From a virus, in the IMG/VR virus record IMGVR_UViG_3300042691_019786: 64,000 nucleotides of DNA; one strand, given 5' to 3'. A program made the position numbers and the translations under genes. Below are positions 19,636 through 29,204 of this stretch, in pieces (the stretch's first letter is position 1; the number at the start of each line of letters is the position of its first letter). The notes below the pieces were generated by a model. It was given only the letters and a program-made list of their open reading frames with translations, made no database searches and was not told the DNA's origin.

Positions 19636-20352
19636 TTATTTTATGTTATTAATAATTCCACTTTTAACTTGTTCAATAGATTGAACAATTTGGTTTTTTG
19701 CCATTTCATTGGCTCCTATTTTGCTATCTACCTCACTAATCATTGGTGCGTATTTAACGTCAATCACAGACAATTTATTTTCTTTGTCAGCAATCTGTGT
19801 TTTGATAGCTTCTAATTGTTGTCTTAACAAAGATAATTCATTTACCAATGACTCATTCTCATGTTGCTTTTGAGCCATTAAATCTTGTTTCTTAGCAAGA
19901 CCTTTGCTATTGTAATCATTGTAAACTTTGTTGATTTCAGCAATATAAAATTCTGATTGCTGAACTAGTTTATCTTTGCTAATACTTTTATCCATTGCAG
20001 ATGCCATTGTCAACGCCATTGGATATACTTGAGGGTTGTTAACACCAGCTTGCATGATTGCTTGATAAAACTCATAGAAATCATACCCAGGTTGGTTCAA
20101 TGAATCGAACCCTCTTTGGTATAACTCTAATGTCGCTTGTAAATGCTCATTAGATACAGATGTTGACATTGTTGGTTGTGGTGTTGGTTCATCACTTTTA
20201 CCAAACCCAAACACACTAAATATACCACCACTTTCTTCACTTGTAGGTGTTGATGTGGGGAATTTTGTTGTAGATGGCGTAGGTGTTACAGCCTCTTGTT
20301 TTGGTTCGTTAGCGTTTTCATCACTAACGATAAATAAATCTTTTAATCCCAT
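19636..20352 (-). CDS. Hypothetical coiled-coil protein
   Basis: Pro/Thr linker, PGYDFYEF and C-terminal coiled coil; heads the ABC/OmpA module. Confidence 0.6.
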   Translation of the reverse strand: MGLKDLFIVSDENANEPKQEAVTPTPSTTKFPTSTPTSEESGGIFSVFGFGKSDEPTPQPTMSTSVSNEHLQATLELYQRGFDSLNQPGYDFYEFYQAIMQAGVNNPQVYPMALTMASAMDKSISKDKLVQQSEFYIAEINKVYNDYNSKGLAKKQDLMAQKQHENESLVNELSLLRQQLEAIKTQIADKENKLSVIDVKYAPMISEVDSKIGANEMAKNQIVQSIEQVKSGIINNIK

Positions 20353-20398
20353 TTTCTAAATTTTTAACGTTGATACAAATGTATAGATAATATTTTAA

Positions 20399-20884
20399 TT
20401 ATGCAAACTTTTCTGGAACTTTTTCTATGTGTCTTGTTAAAATAATATAAGAACACCATGCAATGTCTTCTGTTTGCTCAAAAAAACCTTCTTGTATTTT
20501 ATAATGTGACATATCACAATTCCATAACGCTGATTCAATACCTTCACCAAATCGATTGATGTTGGTTGGTTCTACTCTAGGTACTGGAACTTTTAGGGTT
20601 TCTGGTAGATATTTTTCTTCCAATTTATGATACCATTTACGATTATCATAAAAAACTTTTAAATAACCTTCTTTATCTTCTTCCCTTTTTTTATCACTAA
20701 ACCAATATGGTTCTTCATTTTTCTGTAAGGTTTCCCATTCAGCAGTTTCTTCTTCTGATACTTGGATGATTTTTCTAGATTTTAGCATGTCTGTGCTAAG
20801 TGTTGGTAAATGTAGTGCTACAATGTATTCACCAACCATCATACCTAATTGATAATTCAACGGTATTGTACTTTTCTTACTCAT
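20399..20884 (-). CDS. Hypothetical protein
   Basis: ORF. Confidence 0.6.
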   Translation of the reverse strand: MSKKSTIPLNYQLGMMVGEYIVALHLPTLSTDMLKSRKIIQVSEEETAEWETLQKNEEPYWFSDKKREEDKEGYLKVFYDNRKWYHKLEEKYLPETLKVPVPRVEPTNINRFGEGIESALWNCDMSHYKIQEGFFEQTEDIAWCSYIILTRHIEKVPEKFA

Positions 20885-20911
20885 TTAAAACATTTTAATA
20901 ATAAAACATTG

Positions 20912-20990
20912 TTGAAACAGAGTGGATTCGAACCACTATCTCACTCTTTGTACGTACCGCAGAGCGTAATACCATTATACTACTGTCCAA
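20912..20990 (-). ncRNA. tRNA-like RNA with an expanded, non-canonical anticodon loop
   Basis: Acceptor, D and T arms present; ctct-gcggtacgtacaa-agag. Confidence 0.55.
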
Positions 20991-21057
20991 TCCTTTTGGG
21001 CCGAGAGTTTAACCTCCGAGCATCCACCACTTTGTTTTACTAAACAAAGAAAATAAG

Positions 21058-21155
21058 AAGAACAGAGACTAGTGGGAATTTACCCATTGTGGCCACAATC
21101 TCATTCAACCTACGGTTACAAACCGCAATAATTGAACTAACACTAGTTTGTTCTT
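21058..21155 (-). ncRNA. Structured RNA with a Thr(TGT) anticodon-like hairpin
   Basis: AAGAACA/TGTTCTT and ACTAGTG/CACTAGT stems; gcgg-ttTGTaa-ccgt. Confidence 0.45.
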
Positions 21156-21156
21156 G

Positions 21157-21228
21157 TACAGCGTGTTGGAATCGAACCAACGTCCCCCACTTCTATAGAG
21201 TGGACTCTACCACTGGAGCTAACGCTGT
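21157..21228 (-). tRNA. Atypical tRNA, anticodon ATA
   Basis: Cloverleaf; ccact-ctATAga-agtgg; no nucleotide 26. Confidence 0.55.
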
Positions 21229-21239
21229 AAATGAGTACC

Positions 21240-21368
21240 AAGATTGCCCTTTTTTTTGTGCTACCCTTACACCACACGCCCCTACCTCTGTTTTAGGACA
21301 TGCTGGGATTCGAACCCAGTCCCTTTGTTATCTATACAAATTTTTAGTTAACTTGCTGAAACAATCTT
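21240..21368 (-). ncRNA. Circularly permuted tRNA-mimic (YrlA-like topology) on a TCAGCAA stem
   Basis: AAGATTG-TTTCAGCAA, then T arm, loop-closed acceptor stem, D arm, CAATCTT. Confidence 0.65.
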
Positions 21369-21409
21369 TTAATTACTCTGTAAGACAGAGGACTTAATAC
21401 TGGGGGAAC

Positions 21410-21533
21410 AAGATTACTTTTTTGATACGTGCTCTATCCGCTGAGCTAACCGCCCAATTAAGGACAGTATGGGATTCGAACCCATGACCACGAGGTTAAC
21501 AGCCTATTCAGTTTTTGTTGCTGAAATAATCTT
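21410..21533 (-). ncRNA. Circularly permuted tRNA-Asn mimic on a TCAGCAA stem
   Basis: AAGATTAT-TTCAGCAA, agg-ctGTTaa-cct, T arm, loop-closed acceptor, D arm, GTAATCTT. Confidence 0.65.
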
Positions 21534-21585
21534 TCTTTCCCTTGTAACATTCTACGCAGTTCCCCACGTAGAATATTATTGCTAA

Positions 21586-22218
21586 TTACTTACCAGCTGG
21601 TGCAACGTTAATTGAACCTACTGACCCAGCTTTTGCTCTTTCGATACCAGCTGAACGCTCTGCATCTAATTGTGCATACAACTTAGTCACTTGTTCTTGT
21701 AAGAACTCGTTTTGAGTTGCTAATGTACCAATTTTAGCAGCGTTCTCAGCAGCGATTGCTTTGTTCTCAGAGTGAATCAATTTGATTTCATTCTCGTACT
21801 GAGATTTCAAAGTAGCAGCAACTGTTGCAACTTCTTTCTTCACTGTGTTTTCAGTGTTAGCTTTAGTTGAGTCTAACTCAGAACGTAAAGTTGTTAATTC
21901 ACTTGTTGCGATAGAAGTGTATCCGTTTGCACGTAACCACTCGTTAACAACTCTTTATTGGTTAGCTTTGAAAGACAATTCTAACTCAACGTCAGCTTGT
22001 CTACGTTTCTCAGCGTACTCTACTTCTAATGAAGCGATAGCTTCTTCTTTGTTAGCTACTAACAATGTTAATTGGTCAGCTTGCTCAGACAATGTTGTTA
22101 CAGTTGCTGTAGCAGCTTTCAATTCGTTAACAGCTTTAGTGATTTGCGCTGCCGCTTGTCCTAAAACTACTTCTGTGTTTGCAGAAGCTTTTCTTGCTGG
22201 TGTACTTTTTGTCGCCAT
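21586..22218 (-). pseudogene. Coiled-coil protein interrupted by a single in-frame TAA
   Basis: ORFs 21955-22218 and 21586-21843 share a frame: ...FKANQ*RVVNEWLRANG... Confidence 0.7.
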
Positions 22219-22339
22219 ACTCTTTTTACTTTTTTTTTTACTTTTTTATTATGATTATTATATCCAATTTTTATGTTACTAATGTACGAACATTTGATTC
22301 AAAATGCAAGTTTTTTTTGTAACTTTTTCAACTTTTTTT

Positions 22340-22699
22340 TTAATTTATGGAATCGTTGACTTCCATGTTTAGATATAAATCAACATCTATATCTCTAAAA
22401 ATTCTAAGATAACCATCTTCACATTCAATAGTGATATAATTATTCTTTAAATTTCTATCAGATTGTAAACAATTACCACAATCCATTTTTACAATTCTAC
22501 CAACTGGTAATTTTAACTCTTTGGTGTTCCAAAGTTTTTTTGGTTTTCTGTAAACCTCAACAGTTTGAGTTACAACTTGTGTTTGAACTGGAATATCCAA
22601 ATCAATTCTTTGCACTTCAACCGTTTCTTCTTGTTTTGGTTGTTCTTTACATGAAATCAATCCAATACCAATAACAAACATTAAAACAATTTTCTTCAT
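22340..22699 (-). CDS. Putative lipoprotein
   Basis: MKK, hydrophobic stretch, LISC lipobox. Confidence 0.7.
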   Translation of the reverse strand: MKKIVLMFVIGIGLISCKEQPKQEETVEVQRIDLDIPVQTQVVTQTVEVYRKPKKLWNTKELKLPVGRIVKMDCGNCLQSDRNLKNNYITIECEDGYLRIFRDIDVDLYLNMEVNDSIN

Positions 22700-22712
22700 G
22701 TTTTTTTTTTAT

Positions 22713-23315
22713 TTAACAATGTTCACCATCACCATCACCTCTTAACACTAGCTTATCACCAACACTTAAACTATCAATAAATTTTTGTGTTATAGTAAAT
22801 GAATCCGTATCAGAGTTATCATTGTGACAATATATCCAACCACTACAACTAGCTAAATTTTGTTCATCTTCGATAAATGAAGGAGTACTTGCATCCCAAC
22901 CATGGAAATTTTTAGATAGAACTTTAAGGTCTAAAAATTTAAGCTTGTTTTCTAAGTCTTTAATTTCAACATAAAAATCTAACCCTTCAATATCAATTAA
23001 TTCTAAAACATCTTCGAATTTATCTTCAAATTGTTCCCACATTTTGTTTTCTATAAATTCTTTAGCGTTAACATTTTCTAACCCTAATTCAGCCATAGTA
23101 ATCTCTTCATAAAGGTCTTCATCTTCATCATCAGCAACAACCATGATTAAAACATCGTTTTTCTTTAAATCTTCATAAGATTTACGTTGTTTAAAACTAT
23201 TTTTGTTTTTTTCAATGAACTTTTTTATATCTTCAGAAGAATTTTCTTCTTTTTTTGTGATACCAATTCTTTTAACCAAAGATAAACTAGCATCCCATGA
23301 ACCACAACTTCCCAT
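22713..23315 (-). CDS. Hypothetical acidic protein
   Basis: ORF. Confidence 0.6.
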   Translation of the reverse strand: MGSCGSWDASLSLVKRIGITKKEENSSEDIKKFIEKNKNSFKQRKSYEDLKKNDVLIMVVADDEDEDLYEEITMAELGLENVNAKEFIENKMWEQFEDKFEDVLELIDIEGLDFYVEIKDLENKLKFLDLKVLSKNFHGWDASTPSFIEDEQNLASCSGWIYCHNDNSDTDSFTITQKFIDSLSVGDKLVLRGDGDGEHC

Positions 23316-23344
23316 TTGTTTTTTTTTTATTTTACGTTATTTTG

Positions 23345-23479
23345 TGTTGCCAGTAGGATTCGAACCTACAGTGTTATGTCACAACCCCCGTTTACCCCAT
23401 CACCCACACTTGACAAGGTGTAGTCTAGTCTTTACAGACGGGTCAGTGGAGTGAGTCTACCAAATTTCTCCATAGCAAC
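23345..23479 (-). tRNA. Leu-type tRNA body with an ~50-nt structured insert in the anticodon loop
   Basis: Acceptor GTTGCTA/TGGCAAC, D arm, long variable arm, T arm; ct[insert]TAAac. Confidence 0.55.
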
Positions 23480-23668
23480 GATTGGTGTCCCTTCCACACG
23501 TGGATTGATTAAGGGGACTCTCGCCCCGTCACCAAAACCCAAACAGCTTAACTACGGGAATAGTTTCTGTTCCGTGTGGCACCAATATTAAAAATTAGTC
23601 ATGTCTGTAGCTTCTGACATAGTTACCTATGATTATCAACCGTTTTGTTGCACCTAATAGAACTAATT

Positions 23669-24322
23669 TTATTTTCTTCCTTTAACCCATCCTTTATTTA
23701 GGTAGATATCAAGGTCATCTTTTTTAATCTTTTTATTCGAACCATCTTTGGTTATCCAACAAGTACCATATTGACTGTTTGATTCACCAATACCTTTACC
23801 TTTAGATGCTTCACTTATTTTCTGTTTAGATTCCTCAGTATGTTGTTTACCAGCAAAAAACCCAACATTACCATTTTCATTATAAAATTTAATTAAAGAT
23901 TCGCTAATCTTATTTTTAATTTTATCTGTAGACATAGTTTTTTTCATATTTTCAATTCGTTTAGATTGATTAATTTTTAAATTTTGTAATCCAACCAATA
24001 AAAATTTTTTTCTATGTTCTTCATTAATAAAACCTCCAGTACCACCGCCTTTTAAATTCATACAGTTGTTATCTGTAATCATTTCTTCACTGATTGCTTT
24101 TATTTCAGCTTCAACCAATAACTCACGTGTATCAAAGAACTCTAATATCTCTTTTTTATGGTTTTCAACACCATATTTACGTATGCTATATCTTAATCTT
24201 TTTCCACTTCCCATATAACCATCATCTAGATTATTTGTACTGTGCATTCCTATATAATATCTATTTGTTATAATACAAGTAGTCTTATATAAGTAATGAA
24301 TCGTTTTCTGTTTCCTTGCCAT
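23669..24322 (-). mobile_element. GIY-YIG (Seg-like) homing endonuclease, paralog of 11001-11672
   Basis: Same motifs; near-identical C-terminus (GKGIGESNSQYGTCWITKDG). Confidence 0.88.
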
Positions 24323-24370
24323 ACATCTATTTTAATATAAATATACGACAAAGTACAAAAAAGTCAAGGG

Positions 24371-24496
24371 TCGGAAGGGTTAGACTCGAACTAACACTCT
24401 GCGGTTCCGATTAGCGTTTTATTTGCTGAACTTAATCTTTAAAACAGATTAAACTTTTTGCAATACCGCTGCCTCTACCAATTGGGCTACCTCCCG
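24371..24496 (-). ncRNA. tRNA body whose anticodon loop is replaced by the TCAGCAA stem
   Basis: Normal acceptor, D and T arms; TTAATCT/AGATTAA-GTTCAGCAA inside the gcggt/accgc stem. Confidence 0.65.
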
Positions 24497-24732
24497 TATT
24501 AAGAGTAAATTTAAGGTTTCATTTACTCTTCTGCATTTCTGCCATCATAAATTACCGCTAAACCGCTAAATAAAGTTTCATTTATAATAGTCGAGTTTTT
24601 ACTTTAAAACCATCACTACGAAAAAAGCAATTACTGTATGGTCGTAATTTACCTTCAGTTTTTAATTCCAGAATGTTTAAAGAGCCTATCTGCGGACATT
24701 TAACTGAAAACGTGACCTTTCGCTCTACCTTG

Positions 24733-24807
24733 TGACTTCGGAAGGATTCGAACCTTCGACCTACGCATTAGAAGTGCGTTGCTACTATCCAGCTGAGCTA
24801 CGAAGCC
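24733..24807 (-). tRNA. tRNA-Arg(TCT)
   Basis: acgca-ctTCTaa-tgcgt. Confidence 0.9.
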
Positions 24808-25123
24808 AATTTGTGGAATTTTTCGGCTTTCCACTACCTATCTGACCATTCGCATCAGAACCAGTGGTCTCTGTTTTTTTCATCGTATTATTACTAATTA
24901 GGTACCACCCTAACCATACGACTATATGAACGGTAGTTCAAACGTATTTTATCATAGACATTCTACATATATACGTGGGCCATGGACAGCCCAATATTTT
25001 TTAGTGAGTAGCATTGTGATTTATGTGAGGCTCTACTGAGAAATATTTTAACGCTTTGCGTGCCTTTTCATGTTCACTACTCTAAAGATTCTACTCTCTC
25101 CATTACTGAGAATCACCTAAATG

Positions 25124-25197
25124 TGGTCCTTGATGGGCTCGAACCATCGACCTACTGATTATGAGTCAGTTGCTCTAACCTACTGAGCTAAAGGACC
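25124..25197 (-). tRNA. tRNA-CAT (Ile2 or Met)
   Basis: actga-ctCATaa-tcagt. Confidence 0.88.
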
Positions 25198-25226
25198 AAG
25201 TGTAACCGAATTTCGGTTACGCTTTT

Positions 25227-26204
25227 TTATAAATCTAACATTTTTTGTGGGTTTGAACCATATATGTTAATTTCATAGTTTTCTGGTAATTTAAGTACTT
25301 TAACTATTTCATTTTTAACAAATTTCTCCCACGCATAACAAATCAATTTAAGTATTGCATCATTAGTCAATCTAAAACTTTCATTGTTTTTAGAATTAAG
25401 TAATCTGTTTCTTAACGCTAGTATTGGTGAATTTTGTTTTAAATCAATACCAGTTGATAATTTAGTTAAGAAATCTTCAGCTAAAACATCATCAACTTCA
25501 GAAAACAAATAGTGGAAACTAGACACAACTGTTGCTGTTAATAATCCACAGCTTTTTAATGACATGTTTTTACCAAATTTAATACTTTCATCGATATTTT
25601 TTAAACTATTGTAGTATTCTTCAATATCAGTGTTAGATAATGTTCTATTATCTGAAGCTTTGCTAGTATAACTAAATTTACCAGTTTTGAAAGCGTTAAT
25701 AAATTTACAAACAGCAGAAGCCGTTGTTGCGTTGCTTACACCAGCAATACCTAAAACATCAGAACCAGTTCTTTTTCTTCCACTATCAATAGTTGGAAAA
25801 GTTTCTGGGTCAATTCCAGACGTAACTAAAAATCTAAATGTCATTCCGCTAACAACAATGCCATGTAATCTGTGTTGTCCGTTTGATAAATTACCTTTTG
25901 CATTAAAAGATAAAGTCTCACCGTTAAACTTCCAGTTACCATTTTCCATTTCTTTAGCTAATTTAATCACATTAGTTTTAGAAAGAGGTCTATTCTCATT
26001 ATTGTATTTTTCCAAAATTTCAGATGCTAAATCTGGTGTTACAACAATGAATCTAACTTCGCACTCATTACCGTCAACTACATAACGACCAACGCTAGAA
26101 CCATTAATTGTGTATGCATCTAATAACTCAATTAACGCTGCGTTTCTTTCAATATCGACATGAGTTAGGGTATCCATATCGATTGTTTTACTCTCATTAT
26201 TCAT
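25227..26204 (-). CDS. ParB/DGQHR-like domain protein
   Basis: N.NR.L..., W..NG..I.F and NGQHRL motifs. Confidence 0.6.
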   Translation of the reverse strand: MNNESKTIDMDTLTHVDIERNAALIELLDAYTINGSSVGRYVVDGNECEVRFIVVTPDLASEILEKYNNENRPLSKTNVIKLAKEMENGNWKFNGETLSFNAKGNLSNGQHRLHGIVVSGMTFRFLVTSGIDPETFPTIDSGRKRTGSDVLGIAGVSNATTASAVCKFINAFKTGKFSYTSKASDNRTLSNTDIEEYYNSLKNIDESIKFGKNMSLKSCGLLTATVVSSFHYLFSEVDDVLAEDFLTKLSTGIDLKQNSPILALRNRLLNSKNNESFRLTNDAILKLICYAWEKFVKNEIVKVLKLPENYEINIYGSNPQKMLDL

Positions 26205-26229
26205 ATTACTCTTTTTTTTTACAAATTTA

Positions 26230-26856
26230 CTAACTTAATTTTAACTTTGCAAGTTTTTTTGCAACAAGAAATAAAAATTTTTTATTTCCTTCTTTTTCTT
26301 TCCATGTTTTGTATTCAACAATTGATTCATTCAACACATTAGTTACCCATGATTCATCTTTAATATCATTTGATTCTAAAACAAAATCATATAACTCCCA
26401 TGGTGCTATTTCAGCATTATTAGTATTAATCGTTAGATACGCATATTTAACATAGTCATTTTCATTTTCTACAGAAATTGAATGGAAATCATCATCGTTT
26501 CCTTCATAATATATACCACCAACGTTTTCACCAAAACTAGTAACAATAAAAACTTCTGTACTACCATTATAACCACTAAAATGTTCTATTTGTTCATACA
26601 AACCTTTACCAATAGGTACCGACCAAAAACCACCATATTCATCATCAAACGAATCATTTAAGTCTGGGATAACATACAACTCATCACATGTTTCTAATAA
26701 ATCATGTGTATAATAACCACCAGTGAACTCAACGATTTGAACATTAAACTTAGAAAGAGTTTGGCGAACTGCTGACACTAAGTTAGGGTTCGCCCTATTG
26801 GACTTTGCCAAATATACTCTTTTCATCTTTTTAGATTTATCTAGTTTAAAATACAT
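26230..26856 (-). CDS. Hypothetical protein (possible NDT/TIR-like flavodoxin fold)
   Basis: VYLA, L..CD.L.V and G.G.Y.QI pattern. Confidence 0.4.
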   Translation of the reverse strand: MYFKLDKSKKMKRVYLAKSNRANPNLVSAVRQTLSKFNVQIVEFTGGYYTHDLLETCDELYVIPDLNDSFDDEYGGFWSVPIGKGLYEQIEHFSGYNGSTEVFIVTSFGENVGGIYYEGNDDDFHSISVENENDYVKYAYLTINTNNAEIAPWELYDFVLESNDIKDESWVTNVLNESIVEYKTWKEKEGNKKFLFLVAKKLAKLKLS

Positions 26857-26859
26857 GGA

Positions 26860-27189
26860 TTACTTTTCATCAGAACCGAACCACTCGTTGTATATTGCTT
26901 GAGCTTCTTCCAACTCCATTTCTTTAAGAGCAATCTCCATTTTTGTTGAGTGTAACTCACGTACCCATAATTTAGCATCAAAGTCTTTTGAACCTGGACG
27001 TAAAGAATACGTATTGTCTGGCGCTAAGTCAGTTAGGTTAGCTAACTTGTTTTGTAACTCTAATTTTTCTTTCTTCAATGCTTGAACGAAAGATTCTACT
27101 TCTAATACAGTAGTGTCAGCTAACATTTTAGCTCTTGCTTCTTTGATTTCAGCGTTAGATGCTGATAACGTTTTTACAAACTTACTCAT
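26860..27189 (-). CDS. Hypothetical coiled-coil protein
   Basis: ORF after a promoter motif. Confidence 0.65.
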   Translation of the reverse strand: MSKFVKTLSASNAEIKEARAKMLADTTVLEVESFVQALKKEKLELQNKLANLTDLAPDNTYSLRPGSKDFDAKLWVRELHSTKMEIALKEMELEEAQAIYNEWFGSDEK

Positions 27190-27453
27190 TTTATTTACTT
27201 TTTAAATTTATACTACAAATGTATGGATAATATTTTAATAATCCAAATATTTTTCAACTTTTTTTTTAATCTAAATAAATGTCGTGGTATTCAATAGCAT
27301 ACGCATCTATCATCGCACCTATTTCAAAATAATAATAGAACATAGTTTCACTATGTGAATGTTCTAACATACTAATAACGTAATTAGCAAGTATCTGTAA
27401 TAGTTTTATTTTAAATTCTTTTTTCATATTACAAATATACATTAAATAATTGA

Positions 27454-27642
27454 TTAATCCAAATTTTCTTCTTCGTTTTCTTTTAAAACTTTGTTACCTT
27501 TCGTATAAGGTGGGTCAAATACACAGTGACGACATCCACTGCCGCAACAAGTTCCTCTTTTCTTTAAATAATGTTCTGTGTATATGATTTTACCTTTTTC
27601 TAAGTAATAATCCTTACCTTCTTCAAAACTAAATTTTTCCAT
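27454..27642 (-). CDS. Small Cys-rich protein (DUF5522-like)
   Basis: DYY.E.G...T..Y..KRG.CCGSGCRHC; start at MEKFS because the longer ORF overlaps a tRNA. Confidence 0.75.
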   Translation of the reverse strand: MEKFSFEEGKDYYLEKGKIIYTEHYLKKRGTCCGSGCRHCVFDPPYTKGNKVLKENEEENLD

Positions 27643-27643
27643 G

Positions 27644-27717
27644 TGGAACAGAAGAGAATCGAACTCTCCACTCTCTCCTTGCAAGGGAGAAACGCCAGCC
27701 TTGGTACATGCTGCCCC
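27644..27717 (-). tRNA. tRNA-Ala(TGC)
   Basis: tctcc-ctTGCaa-ggaga; G3:U70. Confidence 0.88.
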
Positions 27718-27790
27718 AGATAAATGAAGAAACCACGGTTTTACGGTGAATTACCAACTTCATTTTTATTTTAGACTTTTAAAAGTCAAG

Positions 27791-27862
27791 CGGTCTATGA
27801 GAGAATCGAACTCTCACCACAGCATAGACAGTGCCGTATCCTAGCCATTGGACCAATAGACC
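27791..27862 (-). tRNA. tRNA-Asp(GTC)
   Basis: Loop ctGTCta; G73. Confidence 0.88.
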
Positions 27863-28021
27863 AAATAAAACACCCAGTTACACGATTTGTTCTACACCAA
27901 ACTCAACACTTCGAACAAATCCCTTCAACTAACTACTCGTTTGGTTCTTTCGTTAGTCTCCCCCTCCTATCTCTAGGTTTAGGGTTAGAAGCCTACCAGT
28001 CTTACCTCACTAAGTGTTTTG

Positions 28022-28095
28022 TGGAGGATATCGGAATCGAACCGATGACCCCTTGCGTGCAAGGCAAGTGCTCTAGCCAGCTGAGCTAATCCCCC
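28022..28095 (-). tRNA. tRNA-Ala(TGC)
   Basis: cttgc-ctTGCac-gcaag; G3:U70. Confidence 0.92.
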
Positions 28096-28187
28096 TTTAT
28101 AGGTTTGGTAACTATTCTCAAGTTTCGAACCTCTTAATAGCTTTTACATCTCCACAATCGCCAAACCACGCAATTGTTTACCATGGG

Positions 28188-28259
28188 CGGAACTAGGGGG
28201 AATCGAACCCCCATCTTCTGATAGACAGTCAGACATCGTAGCCGTTGGACCATAGCTCC
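28188..28259 (-). tRNA. tRNA-Asp(GTC)
   Basis: tctga-ctGTCta-tcaga. Confidence 0.9.
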
Positions 28260-28331
28260 TTATATTCGGTGGGAACACTATATCATCCGCTCATAGAGTC
28301 TGTCAATAATATAGGTTCATCACCTCACTTG

Positions 28332-28402
28332 TATTGGGTACGGGATTCGAACCCGTGTCAACCGCTTCACTGCGGCCATCCTATCCACTAGACGAACCCA
28401 AC
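28332..28402 (-). pseudogene. tRNA-like gene (Glu/Asp-type body) with a 6-nt anticodon loop
   Basis: gccgc-agtgaa-gcggt; other arms intact. Confidence 0.55.
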
Positions 28403-28472
28403 AACCGACTCAATCAGTCTGCAAACCTTTATCATCGGCTCTCTTGCAAGTGTTGCAGCACTCGCTTGATAG

Positions 28473-28544
28473 TACTCCCAGAGAGAATCGAACTCTCATT
28501 ACCAGATTGAAAACCTGGGGTCCTAACCGTTAGACGATAGGAGC
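28473..28544 (-). tRNA. tRNA-Glu(TTC)
   Basis: ccagg-ttTTCaa-tctgg. Confidence 0.88.
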
Positions 28545-28615
28545 GTGTTATCTGTCTTTCCAGATTGTCATACTCATCCTCTCCACCGATACGTAACTAT
28601 AAGTGCGAGCGTTTG

Positions 28616-28687
28616 CATTCCGTGAGGGATTCGAACCCTCGCCTTCACTTAGAAAGAGTGACGTGTTAACCCCTTCACTAACGGAAC
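28616..28687 (-). tRNA. tRNA-Glu(TTC)
   Basis: tcact-ctTTCta-agtga. Confidence 0.88.
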
Positions 28688-28698
28688 ATTTAATTTTG

Positions 28699-28771
28699 TG
28701 AGAAGGGTGGGATTCGAACCCACATGGCTGGATTTTCAGTCCAGTGCATTGACCAACTTTGCTACCTTCCC
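28699..28771 (-). tRNA. tRNA-Phe(GAA)
   Basis: ctgga-ctGAAaa-tccag. Confidence 0.9.
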
Positions 28772-28776
28772 ATTAT

Positions 28777-28809
28777 AGTGCGATGCTCTACCAACTGAGC
28801 TATCTGTCC
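28777..28809 (-). pseudogene. 5' half of a tRNA, truncated at the anticodon loop
   Basis: GGACAGA-TA-GCTCAGTTGGTAGAGC-A-TCGCA-CT, then stops. Confidence 0.7.
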
Positions 28810-28996
28810 ATTGTTTTAATTTCACATTGCAAATGTATTAATAATATTTTTAATTTGCAAATATTTTTTTATTTTTTTTTCTAATCTTTCAAAGAACGTT
28901 TTCTTTAATTTTGTTTTACAAATGTATGAACTATTTTTTAAACTTCCAAATTTATTTGTAATATTTTTTTATTTTTTTTTTCAAACCTATATAAAC

Positions 28997-29027
28997 AAAA
29001 AAAGGTTGACTGTTTAGGTCAACCTTT
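28997..29027 (-). terminator. Attenuator terminator 2
   Basis: AAAGGTTGAC-ctaaaca-GTCAACCTTTTTTT; AGGTTGACCT also pairs with AGGTCAACCT in the leader. Confidence 0.85.
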
Positions 29028-29049
29028 CAAATATAGTATAGTTACTTAA

Positions 29050-29139
29050 TTAACTACATACATAGGTTGACCTCCCTAGGCTAAAATCGGCCTCGGCTGC
29101 GAAGAAGTCAAATTCAAATATGTTATTAATTGTTCTCAT
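29050..29139 (-). CDS. Leader peptide 2 MRTINNIFEFDFFAAEADFSLGRSTYVCS
   Basis: Run FEFDFFAAEADF; downstream tRNAs are Phe, Glu, Glu, Asp, Ala, Asp, Ala. Confidence 0.88.
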   Translation of the reverse strand: MRTINNIFEFDFFAAEADFSLGRSTYVCS

Positions 29140-29204
29140 TTTTTATCTTTATTAATTAAATATACACTAATATACTAAAAGTTCGTTTATTTGTCAAGTT
29201 TTTT

